A stretch of 64,000 nucleotides of DNA from an uncultured Candidatus Rokubacteria bacterium (GTDB lineage Bacteria; Methylomirabilota; Methylomirabilia; Rokubacteriales; CSP1-6), in contig CAVWWD010000006.1 in the NCBI GenBank assembly GCA_963758635.1, positions 128,001-192,000 on the forward strand, written 5' to 3'. The position numbers and the translations under genes were made by a program. The notes beneath the pieces are model-generated. The model was not told where the DNA came from. It saw only the letters and a list, made by a program, of their open reading frames with translations, and did no database searches. Shown here piece by piece: positions 19,939-30,048 of the stretch; positions within the stretch are counted from its first letter, which is position 1, and the number at the start of each line of letters is the position of its first letter.

Positions 19939-21274
19939 GGCCGGCGCGAGCTCCCGGCCGGCGCGGCCTCGGCGGCGCCGCCCGCGGGCACGTAGACCGT
20001 GATCTCCACGCGCCGGTTCTTCGCCCGCCCCTGCGGCGTGTCGTTCGGGGCCACCGGGTCGGCCTCGCCACGCCCGTCGGAGCCGATGCGGCTGCCCGGG
20101 ATGCGCGCCGCGATGAGGCGGGACACCGAGTCGGCGCGCGCCTTCGAGAGCTCCCAGTTCGAGGGGAAGCGCAGGGTGCGGATGGGCTGGTTGTCCGTGT
20201 AGCCGATCACCTCGACCTTGCCCGGCACCTTCGTCAGCTCCTCGCCGATCCGGTTGATGAGCCAGAGGTCCTCGGGGCGGACGTTGGCCTCGCCGGCCTT
20301 GAACAGCCCGTCGCCGACGATCGTGACGGTGCTCCGGTCGGCGCGGTCGTCCACGGCGACGAGGCCGCGGCGGATCTCCTCGGCGAGGAACCCGGCGAGG
20401 CGCGGCTCCGCCGCCTTCTTCGGCGCCGCCCGCGGCACCTCGCCCGGCGCGGCATCCGCAGCATGGCGGCATCGGCGGCGATGCGGTCGGACATGCTGGA
20501 GAGGCTCAGCGTGAGCGCGATGTAGACGGCGGCGAGGACCACGCCGACCACCGCGGCCATCACCCACACGGGCAGCCAGGCCATCCGCGACTCCACGATC
20601 TTCCCCGCGCCCTGCCACGACGGCGACAGGTCACGCTCGTGCTCGCCGCGCTCCTTGCGGATGATCGCCAGGAGCCGGCGCCGGATGGCCTCGAGCTGGC
20701 GCTGCCCGCCGTCGATGATCCGGTACCGACCCTCGAAGCCGAGCTGCAGGCAGACGTACATCAGCTCGAGCAGGTCGATGTTGGCGTGCGGGTTCTCGGC
20801 GAGCCGGGCCAGGAGCTGGAAGAACTTCTCGCCGCCCCCGGTCTCGCCGTGGAACAGCGCGAGGAGGCCGTGCTGGGCCCACGCGCCCGACACGCCCCAC
20901 GGCGTGCTCGCCGCCATCTCGTCGATCAGCGTGCAGATGGTGTAGCGCGCGGCGATCGCCGTCTCCGTGGAGGCGCCCGCCGCCCGCGCTCGGGCCTCGA
21001 ACTCGCGGACGCCCTGGGCGAGGCTGTCGCGCAGCCCGTTCGGGTTCGGGTGCTCGAGCGAGCCGCGGAGCTGCGGAATGACGTTGAGCAACGGGTTCGC
21101 CGCCGCCACCAGCGGGTTGAGGCCGCTCGTGACGGCCCGGCCGTCGAAGCGCTCCGGCGGCTCGGGGGCGACCGGGCGCACGGGCACCGGCGCGGGCGTC
21201 GCCATGCGCCCGCCCGGGGTCGGCATGAAAACGGTGCGGTCGTCGTCCGCCTCGCGGAAGGGATCGTCCGGCAT
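19935..21274 (-). CDS. tssL: TssL/DotU with C-terminal OmpA peptidoglycan-binding domain (frameshift ~20450)
   Basis: FHGETGGGEKFF, CLQLGFEGRY, TM helix; second frame GYTDNQP, NWELSKARA, NRRVEI. Confidence 0.93.
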
Positions 21275-21278
21275 CAAT

Positions 21279-21355
21279 GAGCCCCGCGCATCAGACTAAT
21301 ACCGAGCGGTGGGATTGTAGGGGCCCGTGGCGGCTACCGCATTCTGCAAGGGGCA
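21279..21355 (-). repeat. Third copy of the 77-nt T6SS intergenic element, between tssK and tssL
   Basis: Reverse complement reads ...GCAGAATGCGGTAGCCGCCACGGGCCCCTACAATCCCACCGCTCGGTATTAGTCTGATGCGCGGGGCTC, aligning with 4744-4820. Confidence 0.88.
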
Positions 21356-22693
21356 TCAGCCGCGCACGGCCCAGAACTCGAGCTCGAGGCCGGGGATCTC
21401 GCCGGAGAGGAACATCGCGAGGTTCCCGGACTGCTCGGCCTGATTCCACAGCTCGGTGCCGCGCTCGAGCTCGAAGTAGTTGAAGCCCGCGTGGTAGGGG
21501 ATCTGCCGCGGCGCCACCGGGAGCGTGCGCAGCCCGATGCCGGGGAGGTTCAGGTTCACGAGGTCGCGGATGCGCTCGCCCGGCCCGATCTTGAGCAGGG
21601 TGGGCAAGGTCACCTGCAGCCGCTCCGCGGGGAGCTGCGCCTTGGCCGCGAGCACGAAGCGCGCGGTGCGGCGGAGCTCGGGATCCGCGATGAGGGCGAG
21701 CTTGAGCCCGTACGCGCGCTCCTGCAGCTCGATCATGATCGCGTTGCGCTCGAGCACCATCGAGAGCGAGCGCCGGATGTCGGCCACCAGGGGAGCGAAC
21801 GAGCCGGCGAGGTCGTCGTGGCGGTAGACGGGGTACTGGATCGGCCGGCGGCTCTCCCGCGTGTACGTGGACAGCTCCCCGGCCAGCTCCAGGCAGAGGG
21901 CGTAGAGCCGCTCCGGATGCAGCGGCGCGGTGAGGCCGAGGTGCCCGAAGAGCGGCTCGTACCGGTTCATCGTCTTGATCCACAGGAAGTCCGCGATCTC
22001 CGCGACGCCGCCCGGACCGGGCTGGGACAGGCGCTCGGCGAGCGCGTCCCCGCGCTGGTGCAGGAGGCCGTGGACGTCACGCACGATGCCGGCCAGGGTC
22101 GAGTCGGCGCCCACGTCGAGCATGGGGGGCACGTACCGGCGGTCGAGGGTCACGCGGTTGTCGGCCTGGCGCTCCACCACGCGCGCGACGCCGAGCCCGG
22201 TGTAGGCGGCGGTGACGTCGCCTTCCTTGAGCAGCTGCAGGCGCAGGCGGGCGACCTGGATGAGCGCGGTGCGATCGAACGACGCGTTGCTGTCCTTGAT
22301 CTCGAGCTCGCCCGCGCTGTACCGGGCAAGGCCGTCCGGCGAGGCGTTGCCGAGATCGGCCTCGTCGACACCCTCGCGCCGCACGGGCAGCACCAGGCTC
22401 ACGAGGGCGTCCCGCAGGGTGGCGGGCACGTCGAGCGGCACCGGCAGCGGGTCGCGGCCCGGGCAGTCGAACGGCGTGCCGTCGGGGAGCATCCCGCGCG
22501 CGCTCCGCACGGCCAGCTTGCCCAGCTCCAGCAGGGACTCGTCGAGCGCGACCTCGAGGAAGCCCCACGAGTGCGGGCGGAGGCCGCGCGTCCGGAGCTC
22601 GACGTACGTCTCGAGGAAGCGGTCGTGCTGCTGCAGGTGCTGCGGCTGGAGGAAGGTCCCTTCCGACCAGAGGACGCGGTTGTCCCAGCTCAT
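21356..22693 (-). CDS. tssK: T6SS baseplate subunit TssK
   Basis: MSWDNRVLWSEGTFLQPQHLQQHDR, LPVAPRQIPYHAG, LEFWAVRG. Confidence 0.96.
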   Translation of the reverse strand: MSWDNRVLWSEGTFLQPQHLQQHDRFLETYVELRTRGLRPHSWGFLEVALDESLLELGKLAVRSARGMLPDGTPFDCPGRDPLPVPLDVPATLRDALVSLVLPVRREGVDEADLGNASPDGLARYSAGELEIKDSNASFDRTALIQVARLRLQLLKEGDVTAAYTGLGVARVVERQADNRVTLDRRYVPPMLDVGADSTLAGIVRDVHGLLHQRGDALAERLSQPGPGGVAEIADFLWIKTMNRYEPLFGHLGLTAPLHPERLYALCLELAGELSTYTRESRRPIQYPVYRHDDLAGSFAPLVADIRRSLSMVLERNAIMIELQERAYGLKLALIADPELRRTARFVLAAKAQLPAERLQVTLPTLLKIGPGERIRDLVNLNLPGIGLRTLPVAPRQIPYHAGFNYFELERGTELWNQAEQSGNLAMFLSGEIPGLELEFWAVRG

Positions 22694-22748
22694 CGATCGG
22701 CCCGGCGCAACGTCGCGGGAGAGGAGCTCACGTCACCGGCGGTTCGGC

Positions 22749-23201
22749 TCACTTCACGGCCACCGTGACGGACCTGGCGTCGAGGCCCACGGTGATCGAG
22801 ACCTTCCGGCTGGCCGGCACCGGCGCGGCCTGGCGCCACTTGGCGTTGTCGAGGTCGCGGAAGGCCGCGGCGACGCCGATGAACTTCGTGTCCGGCTGGA
22901 GCTGCCGCCGGTACGGCTTCGTCTCCGCGGGCTGCAGGCTGTACTCCTCGCGACCCACCAGCTCGGCGCCGAGGGTCTCCGCCTCCTTGTCGAACAGCGA
23001 GAAGAAGTCGGCGCTGTTGAAGGCGGCCAGGGAGCGCAGCTCGTAGACGCGCAGGAGGATCGGCGACGGACGGCCCTGCACGTCGGGGTTCAAGCTGGGC
23101 GCGGTCTTGATCGATCCCTCCAGGAGGGGCGGTGAGCTCGCGCACCCCGCGGCCAGGGCCAGGCTACACGCGAGCAAAAGGAGACGGCGACCCCGTCGCA
23201 T
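22749..23201 (-). CDS. tssJ: T6SS outer-membrane lipoprotein TssJ
   Basis: Lipobox LAAGC; LNPDVQGRPSPILLRVYEL, ADFFSL, IGVAAAFRDL. Confidence 0.93.
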   Translation of the reverse strand: MRRGRRLLLLACSLALAAGCASSPPLLEGSIKTAPSLNPDVQGRPSPILLRVYELRSLAAFNSADFFSLFDKEAETLGAELVGREEYSLQPAETKPYRRQLQPDTKFIGVAAAFRDLDNAKWRQAAPVPASRKVSITVGLDARSVTVAVK

Positions 23202-23238
23202 GTGTGCTCCCCCTTTGGGAAAATTGCCAGCCGGACCG

Positions 23239-23267
23239 AGACTACCGCCACCGGCGGAGCGAATCAA
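23239..23267 (-). promoter_or_regulatory. Putative sigma70-type promoter for tssJKLM-tagF
   Basis: TTGATT-N17-TAGTCT on the minus strand, ~40 nt upstream of tssJ. Confidence 0.4.
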
Positions 23268-23385
23268 GCCTCGGGTCCCCGGACCGCGTCCCGAGCCGGG
23301 CCGGCGCGCCCCGCGCGGATGCTATGCTCCGTTGGGCTGGTTTCGGGCCGGCGCGAGAGGCCGAATCGCCCCGTGAGGCAATGTG

Positions 23386-24273
23386 CTAGAACGGCAGGCC
23401 GATCCGCTGCGAGCGGAAGAAGCCGGCGACCGCGGCCGTCCAGAGCGGCTCGCCCGCCGGTGACGTGAACACGCCGTGGCCACGCCGCTCGGGGAACGGC
23501 GGGATCACGACGAGCTCGCCGCGGCCGCCCGCGGCGCGGAAGCTCTCGAACCAGAGCCGCTGGGCCGCCGGCCCCACGAACTCGTCGTTCACCGCGTAGA
23601 ACCACAGCACGGGCACGGCGATCCGCGGGGCGATCGACGCGAACAGCTCGGCCATGCGCTCGGGCATGCAGGGCTGGCCGGGGTGCGTGTCGGGACGGCC
23701 GCCGCGTCCGGGCGCGAACGCGAGCACGGCGAGGAGGCCCTCGGGCCGCTTCGACGCCGTGTAGATCGACGCGAAGCCGCCCGCGCTCTGCCCGACCAGC
23801 ATGAAGCGCCGCCGGTCGAGGTCCCCGTGCCCCTTCGCCCACTGGACGGTGGCCAGCAGGTCCAGGGCCGCGCCCTCGCCGGCGCGGGGGAAGTCGGGCC
23901 GCGCGCAGCTCCCGTAGGAATCGCCCAGGTTCTCGCTGCCGCCGCTCGCGCCGTAGCCCCGGCGCACGGGCACGAGGACGGCGTAGCCGCGGCGCACCCA
24001 TTGCGCGGCGAGCCACGTGTTGCGGGAGCGGCCGATGGCGCGGTTATCCTCGAGGGTGACGGCGGTGCCGTGGCTCAACACGATCCACGGAAACGGCCCG
24101 GCGCCGGACGGCCGGAAGCTCGTGACCACGATGCTCGCGCCGGTGCCCGGGACGTCGATCCCGTGCACAGCCTCGCGGAGCGAGGCGTCGATGTCGCCCG
24201 CCCGCGCCGCCGGCATCGCGCAGCCGGCGATGACGAGCACGGCCACCGCGAGCCTGAACACGCGCGGCATCAT
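23386..24273 (-). CDS. Exported alpha/beta hydrolase (dienelactone hydrolase-like)
   Basis: Signal peptide, LSHG, nucleophile elbow GQSAGG, C-terminal GH. Confidence 0.8.
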   Translation of the reverse strand: MMPRVFRLAVAVLVIAGCAMPAARAGDIDASLREAVHGIDVPGTGASIVVTSFRPSGAGPFPWIVLSHGTAVTLEDNRAIGRSRNTWLAAQWVRRGYAVLVPVRRGYGASGGSENLGDSYGSCARPDFPRAGEGAALDLLATVQWAKGHGDLDRRRFMLVGQSAGGFASIYTASKRPEGLLAVLAFAPGRGGRPDTHPGQPCMPERMAELFASIAPRIAVPVLWFYAVNDEFVGPAAQRLWFESFRAAGGRGELVVIPPFPERRGHGVFTSPAGEPLWTAAVAGFFRSQRIGLPF

Positions 24274-24298
24274 ACCAGACCGTTCACGGAGGCTCCCG

Positions 24299-24991
24299 AT
24301 GGCGACCCATCAGTCGATCGGCGGCGGCTCGGACGACGAGCTCCTGCAGCGCATGGTCCAGACGCACGCGGAGCGCTACGGCGACGCGTTCTGGTCGATC
24401 TTCTCCGGGCACGTCGCGCCCCGGCTGCCCGCCGCGCCGGTCGTCCTGGACCTGGGATGCGGGCCGGGGCTCTTCCTGCGCGACGTGGCCCAGCGGCATC
24501 CCGCGGCGTCGCTCCACGGCTACAACGTCACCGCGGCCATGATCGCCCACGCCGAGCGGCTGACGTGGCCCGGCGCCCCGGCCCGGCTCGCGCTCCACGA
24601 CGTGACCCGCGCGCCGCTGCCCCACGCCGCGGGCTCCGTGGACCTCGTGGCCATGACGTCCGTCCTGCACGTCTTCGACGAGCCGCTGCCGGTGCTCGCG
24701 GAGATCCGGCGCGTGCTCTCGCCGGGCGGCACCTTCCTGCTCTACGACTGGATCCGCCTGCCCCTGGAGGCGTACCTCCGCTACCGGCGCGAGACGGTGA
24801 GCGAGGGCGAGCCCGAGACCCAGGGCCGCGCGTTCCGGCTCTTCCCCGTGCACGGAAAGTACACGCCGGCGGACTGGCGCTGGCTCCTCGGGCGCGCGGG
24901 GTTCACCATCCGCCTCCACACGCAGATGCGCGACACGCACCAGGTGTTCGTCGCCGCGCCGGGCCCCGCGGACGCGCCCGGCGCGGCGTGA
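24299..24991 (+). CDS. Class I SAM-dependent methyltransferase
   Basis: VLDLGCGPG, RVLSPGG; GGAGG RBS. Confidence 0.85.
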   Translation: MATHQSIGGGSDDELLQRMVQTHAERYGDAFWSIFSGHVAPRLPAAPVVLDLGCGPGLFLRDVAQRHPAASLHGYNVTAAMIAHAERLTWPGAPARLALHDVTRAPLPHAAGSVDLVAMTSVLHVFDEPLPVLAEIRRVLSPGGTFLLYDWIRLPLEAYLRYRRETVSEGEPETQGRAFRLFPVHGKYTPADWRWLLGRAGFTIRLHTQMRDTHQVFVAAPGPADAPGAA

Positions 24992-24994
24992 ACG

Positions 24995-26143
24995 TCACGT
25001 GCGCTTGTAGAAGCGCGCGGCGTTGTCCCAGAGGAGCTTCTGCGTCGTGTCCGGCTTGAGGCTCGACCAGCCGAGGATGTTGTCCACGGAGTCGGGGAAC
25101 TGGCACTCGGAGTGCGGATAGTCCGAGGCGTACATCAGGACGTCGTCGCCGAGGATGCTCGTCACGTGGTTGAAGAGGTCCTCGCCCTCGTGCCGCTCGA
25201 TCGTGCAGAAGAACCGCCCGCTCGTCAGGTACTCGGCGGGCGCGTGCTTGAGCGGCGCCACCCCGCCCACGTACGCCGCCTGCTCGTTCATGCGCCGGGC
25301 CCAGAACGGCAGCCAGCTGAAGCCGCACTCCAGGATGCCGACGCGCAGGCTCGGATGGCGATCCATGATGCCGGCGCCGATGAAGGCGGCCATGAAGCGC
25401 ATCCCGCCCCACGGATGCGACGCGAGGCGGCCGAGGAAGATGTTGTCCCAGAGGTCCTGGTAGCCCGGGAAGTACGGCGGGTTCCACGTGTTGCTGTGGT
25501 GCACGACGGCGAGATCGTGCTCCTCCGCGGCCTGCCAGATGGGCTCGAGGTCCGGATGGTCGATGGGCGTGTCCTTGCCGAGCACGGGGAGCACGGCCAC
25601 GGCCCAGCTCGACGAGCCCCAGCGACGGATCTCGCGCACCGCCTCGTCGACGGCGCGCGACGACGCCACGATCCCGGTCTTGAGGCGTCCCGGGGACTGC
25701 CCGCAGAAATCGGCGGCGTGGCGGTGATACGCGCGGATCAGCCCGACCTCGAGCTCCACGTCCGGCAGCCCCACCACGCTGACCCACGAGGTCGGCACCA
25801 GGAAGTGCGCGTCCACGCCCTCGTCGTCCATGTCGAGCACGCGGTTCGCGGCCTGGTCGTCCTGGACGCCCACGCGGGGCTGCTTGCTGCCTCGCCAGTG
25901 GGTCCCCCGCCCCGTGAACGTGTCGTGCGGGCCGGCCTGGCCGAGGACGCGGCGGTAGAACTTCGTGGCCACGCGGTACTGGTGGCTGTCCGGCGTGCCG
26001 CCGATCATCGCCCCCGAGGGCGAGCGGTGCGCGGCCAGCTCGGGCAGCCGCGGGCGGAAGGCCGGATCGACGTAGCGGTCGAGCACCTCGGCGGACGGAT
26101 TGACGTGGGTGTCCGCGTCCCACGCGCGATACCCGGCCCTCAT
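24995..26143 (-). CDS. Amidohydrolase family protein
   Basis: DADTH, ILECGFSWLP, YASDYPHSE. Confidence 0.88.
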   Translation of the reverse strand: MRAGYRAWDADTHVNPSAEVLDRYVDPAFRPRLPELAAHRSPSGAMIGGTPDSHQYRVATKFYRRVLGQAGPHDTFTGRGTHWRGSKQPRVGVQDDQAANRVLDMDDEGVDAHFLVPTSWVSVVGLPDVELEVGLIRAYHRHAADFCGQSPGRLKTGIVASSRAVDEAVREIRRWGSSSWAVAVLPVLGKDTPIDHPDLEPIWQAAEEHDLAVVHHSNTWNPPYFPGYQDLWDNIFLGRLASHPWGGMRFMAAFIGAGIMDRHPSLRVGILECGFSWLPFWARRMNEQAAYVGGVAPLKHAPAEYLTSGRFFCTIERHEGEDLFNHVTSILGDDVLMYASDYPHSECQFPDSVDNILGWSSLKPDTTQKLLWDNAARFYKRT

Positions 26144-27135
26144 GAGCGAGGCACCCACAGGAGCGACGACACCTCGCCGAACTCGCGCCAGAGCTTGCGC
26201 CAGGTCTCGCCGCCGTCGTCGCTCCGGTAGAGATAGCCGTAGCGGCTGGCCGCGAGCACGACGTCGGGCGCGCCGGCGGGGACGGTCACCGTCCACACCG
26301 CGGAGTTCGGCTGCACGGGCAGGCCCAGGCTCTGCCACGTGAGGCCGGCGTCGCGCGAGCGCATCACGGTGCCGATGCGTCCCGGCGTGGAGTCGCCGAC
26401 GGTGACGTACACGGTCTTCGGGTCGTCGGGCTTGACGGCGATGCCGCGCGGGTAGTGCCAGGGGAACACCTCGCGCGCGCGCGCCGGCTGCCACGTGGCG
26501 CCGTCGTCGGTGCTGCGCCACACGTCGTCGTTGACCACGGTGAACACCGTCTTGGGCGGCCCGGCCACGACGAGGACGTTGTGCACGTCCTGGTTGGGGA
26601 TCTGGCCGTTCACCTTCGTCCACGTGGCGCCGCCGTCGGCGCTGTGCCGGACGCCGTCCACCTCGAGGCCCACCCACACGTGGCGGTGATCGGCGGGATC
26701 GATGGCGATGCCCGTGGGCCGCGGGATCCCGACGTTGGGGCAGTCCCGGGCGATGTCGACGGCGAGCTGCCGCCACGTCTTCCCGGCGTCGGTCGAGCGG
26801 TAGATGCCGGGCGGGCTGGGCGTGCCGGTGCCGGCGAACACCACGTCGGGATCGGCGGGATCGACGGCGATGCTCCACACCATCGCGCCGTTCATGGGCG
26901 TGTCGAGGCGGCGCCAGCTCCCGCCGCCGTCGTCGCTCGCGTAGAGGCCCTGATCCGTGCCCGCGTACACGTGGCCGGGACGCCACGGGTCCGCGGAGAG
27001 CGCCTTGACGATGCCGTCGGAGTGCATCCCCTGACGGACGCTGGCGCGCGTCCAGCTCTCGCCGTCGTCGGCGCTCATCATGACGCCCTGGCCGATCGTT
27101 CCCACCAGGATGGATCCCTGGACGTCATGGTCCAC
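26140..27135 (-). CDS. BNR/Asp-box beta-propeller protein
   Basis: Repeated S-x-D-x-G-x-T/S-W boxes. Confidence 0.85.
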   Translation of the reverse strand: MDHDVQGSILVGTIGQGVMMSADDGESWTRASVRQGMHSDGIVKALSADPWRPGHVYAGTDQGLYASDDGGGSWRRLDTPMNGAMVWSIAVDPADPDVVFAGTGTPSPPGIYRSTDAGKTWRQLAVDIARDCPNVGIPRPTGIAIDPADHRHVWVGLEVDGVRHSADGGATWTKVNGQIPNQDVHNVLVVAGPPKTVFTVVNDDVWRSTDDGATWQPARAREVFPWHYPRGIAVKPDDPKTVYVTVGDSTPGRIGTVMRSRDAGLTWQSLGLPVQPNSAVWTVTVPAGAPDVVLAASRYGYLYRSDDGGETWRKLWREFGEVSSLLWVPRS

Positions 27136-27228
27136 CTCCTGCCGTCGGTCTTCGATTAGGTCGTCCGGATAGGTCGGTTCCTCCGCGCGGGGATGATACC
27201 CCCGATCGACGGCGTGCGCCGGCGTGGG

Positions 27229-28227
27229 CTACGACCCGCCCGGCGCTCCGTTGCGCGCGCTCGCCAGCTCGACGATGTCCAGGATCGTCCGGGAGTAGGT
27301 GCGCCCCGACGCGCGGGCGCCTCGCATGAACTCCGCGCCGGAATGCAGGTAGGGATTGGGGTTCGCCTCGATGAGGTACACCTGGCCTCGGGGCGCGAGC
27401 CGGAAGTCGACGCGCGCGTAGTCGCGGAGGCCGAGGGCCTGGAAGGCGGTGACCGCGGCCCGACGCAGCGTCTCCGCCACCGCGGCGGGCAGGCGCGGCA
27501 CCCGCACCTTGCTCCCGCGGTAGGCGCGCGAGCCCTCGTCCCATTTCACCTCGGTGCCCGCGATCCGCGGGGTCCCCTTGGGCAGGTGGGAGAGGTCGAG
27601 CTCGACCGGGGGCAGCGCCTCCGGCGAGTCGTTGCCCATCACGCCCACGTAGATCTCCCGCCCCTCGATGTACTGCTCGATCAGGATGGGATGGTCGAAC
27701 TCGGCGTGGAGCTGGTCGATCCGCTCCATCAGCTCCTTGATGTTGCGCGCGAGGGCGTCGAAGCCGATCCCGATCGAGCCGTCCTCGCTCGCCGGCTTGA
27801 CGATCACCGGGAAGTCGATGTCCTGGGCCCAGTCCAGCCGCCCGCGCCAGACCGCGGCGAACCGTGGCATGGCGATCTCGTGGAAGCTCAGGATCTTCTT
27901 GGCGACGGCCTTGTCCATGGCCAGCGTCAGGCCGAGCGGGCCCGAGCCCGTGTAGCGGAGCCCCAGGAGGTCGTAGACCGCGGCGACGTGCGGCTCCTTG
28001 GTGTCGTCGCCCCCGAACGACTCCACCAGGTTGAAGACGAGGTCGGCCTTGACCTCGGCGAGGGCGCGCAGCGACTCCGACCCGCCCACGGCGACGCCCG
28101 CCACCTCGTGCCCGGCGCGCCGAAGCGCGGCGGCGATCTCCTGCACGTCCGACTTGCGGGCGCCGCGCGCGCCCCCGCGGGGGCGCGCGATGGCCTCGTC
28201 AAGCCCGTGCGCGATGACGATCCGCAT
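27229..28227 (-). CDS. ATP-grasp ligase, D-Ala-D-Ala ligase-like
   Basis: VFNLVE, YTGSG, MDKAVAK, IVKP..EDGSIGI, EQYIEGRE, DYARVDFR, IEANPNP. Confidence 0.88.
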   Translation of the reverse strand: MRIVIAHGLDEAIARPRGGARGARKSDVQEIAAALRRAGHEVAGVAVGGSESLRALAEVKADLVFNLVESFGGDDTKEPHVAAVYDLLGLRYTGSGPLGLTLAMDKAVAKKILSFHEIAMPRFAAVWRGRLDWAQDIDFPVIVKPASEDGSIGIGFDALARNIKELMERIDQLHAEFDHPILIEQYIEGREIYVGVMGNDSPEALPPVELDLSHLPKGTPRIAGTEVKWDEGSRAYRGSKVRVPRLPAAVAETLRRAAVTAFQALGLRDYARVDFRLAPRGQVYLIEANPNPYLHSGAEFMRGARASGRTYSRTILDIVELASARNGAPGGS

Positions 28228-29267
28228 GGGTGTCGCCTCCTCGCAGACGCGGGCGGCGCCGGGCGGCGCGCGGAAAGAAGCTGCCGTGGGTGAGGTGGTT
28301 CATGGCCAGCGTGGTGGCGTACGTCGTCAGCTCCACCAGCGCGGGGGCGTCCGACCCCGCGGCCAGGGTGAGCCCGCTGCGCGCCGCCGTGTCCTCGATC
28401 CGGTCGACGAGGGACCGCACCACGCTCCGTCGCACGCCGGTCCAGTACTCGATCTTGTTCACGAGCGTGGACCGGTTCTCGCGGAGGAACTCGACCGCCG
28501 GGCGGCCGCCCCGCCGGCGGCGTCCGAAGAGGTCGCGCAGGTCGTGCTCGAGCGTGACGTCGATGGGCTCCGGCTGGCCTTGCTGCTGGCGGAAGAACTC
28601 CTCGACCGTCATGTTCATCTCCTCCACCGTGATGTCGGTGGAGGCCAGGCGCACCGGCGGCTCGGTGTCGCCGAGCGCCCGCGCGGTGCGGTCGACGTAG
28701 GTGAGCTTGCCCATGGCGGGCCAGCCCCGGTAGCGGCGTCGCCACCGCGAGCCGGGCGTCAGCCACACCGCGAACGTCTCGGCGAAGTCCTCGTCCGGAT
28801 GCTTCTGCGCATACCAGCCCTCCATGTGGCGGACGAAGCGCCGGTCGAACGGCACCGGCCGATAGCGCTCTCGATACGGGCGGCTGAACGGGCCGAACCG
28901 CTCCCGCCACTCGGGCGTCTCGTAGAGCTTGTACGCGTAGTTGAACGCGTGCCCCGCCTCGTGGCGCAGGTACATGCGGATCTCGCGCGCGTCCTCCACC
29001 TCGTCGATCTCTTGCTCGAGCCGCGTGAGCTTCGCGTCGGCGAGATAGAAGGGGATCCCGATGATCGGCTCCTCGGACGGGCAGCCCCACTCGTCCGTCA
29101 GGTACGTCGGGGGCCGGAAGTGCTTGAGGCCCTTGCCGGGCGAGCTCGCGGTACAGCTCGCCGACGTAGCGCTCCATGGGCGACCCTTCGAGCTTGAGGC
29201 CGAGCGCGCTGATGCGCTCGGAGAGCAGCGGCTTCAGGTCAGGTGGGGCAGCCTCGAACCCGGCCAT
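28199..29267 (-). CDS. Putative zinc-binding metallopeptidase (frameshift ~29140)
   Basis: LRHEAGH (HExxH), YAQKHPDEDFAETFAVWL; overlaps the ATP-grasp gene start. Confidence 0.82.
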
Positions 29268-29411
29268 CCTTCCTGTCTGGAGCAAGCGGGGTGCCACGGC
29301 CGGGCCCAGGGAATCGTCGGGTCTTTCATGGACTTATGGCGCAGAGGCGCAGCGAGGAAGGCGACGCCGAGAAGAAGTTACCCGCCCGGGCGCCTCGGGC
29401 TCCGCGCGGGT

Positions 29412-29921
29412 TCAGCCCGCCGGCGTGAGCCGAGGCCCGATGGGCTTGAGGACGCGAACCCCCGGCTGGCCGGCGAGTGGCTCGGCGGTGAGCCGCGGCA
29501 ACACGCCGAGGCCGCGCCGGGGCACGCTCCGATCCAGCCCCACCGCGTCCGTCCACGCGACCGACACGTGAGGGGGCACGCGCGCGCCGTCCTCCACCAC
29601 GACGAGGCGCGCGTCCATGGGCACGTCGGGCGTGTGATCCGCCGCGAAGAGGTTGCGGTGCCAGTTGCCCATCTTCGTCTGCCACTCGCCGGTGTTGCTC
29701 GGTCCCGCCTTGGCCCGGTAGGCGGGGCTGGTGAAGATGTCTCCCGAGTCGACCTCGTGGAGCGCGACGAACGGAGACTCCGCGGAATGGATCGCCTCGA
29801 ACCGCTGGCTGGCGCGGAAGCCCGGGATCGACAGGAGCCGGTGCTGATGCGAGACGTACCACGCATCCCACTCCGCGCGCCGCGCGGTATCCAGCAGCGC
29901 CATCTCGACCATGTAGATCAT
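29412..29921 (-). CDS. Hypothetical protein (EthD/Dabb-like N-terminal domain)
   Basis: EWDAWY..H..LLSIPGFRASQRF pattern; start uncertain. Confidence 0.6.
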   Translation of the reverse strand: MIYMVEMALLDTARRAEWDAWYVSHQHRLLSIPGFRASQRFEAIHSAESPFVALHEVDSGDIFTSPAYRAKAGPSNTGEWQTKMGNWHRNLFAADHTPDVPMDARLVVVEDGARVPPHVSVAWTDAVGLDRSVPRRGLGVLPRLTAEPLAGQPGVRVLKPIGPRLTPAG

Positions 29922-30048
29922 TGGCCGTCGGGGGGAGCGACCGCCGCTCCCCCCGACACCCCCACCGGGAACGCTGCGCGCTTCCTGCTCGCGCTCTCGA
30001 TCGGCGCGTCGCGTCCACTCGACCATGGCTCGTCTCCTCCGGGCGTCC

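Noticed and set aside
23386..24273. Alpha/beta hydrolase as a T6SS lipase effector
   Set aside because: It carries a Sec-type signal peptide and has no adjacent immunity, VgrG or PAAR gene. Adjacency alone is insufficient.
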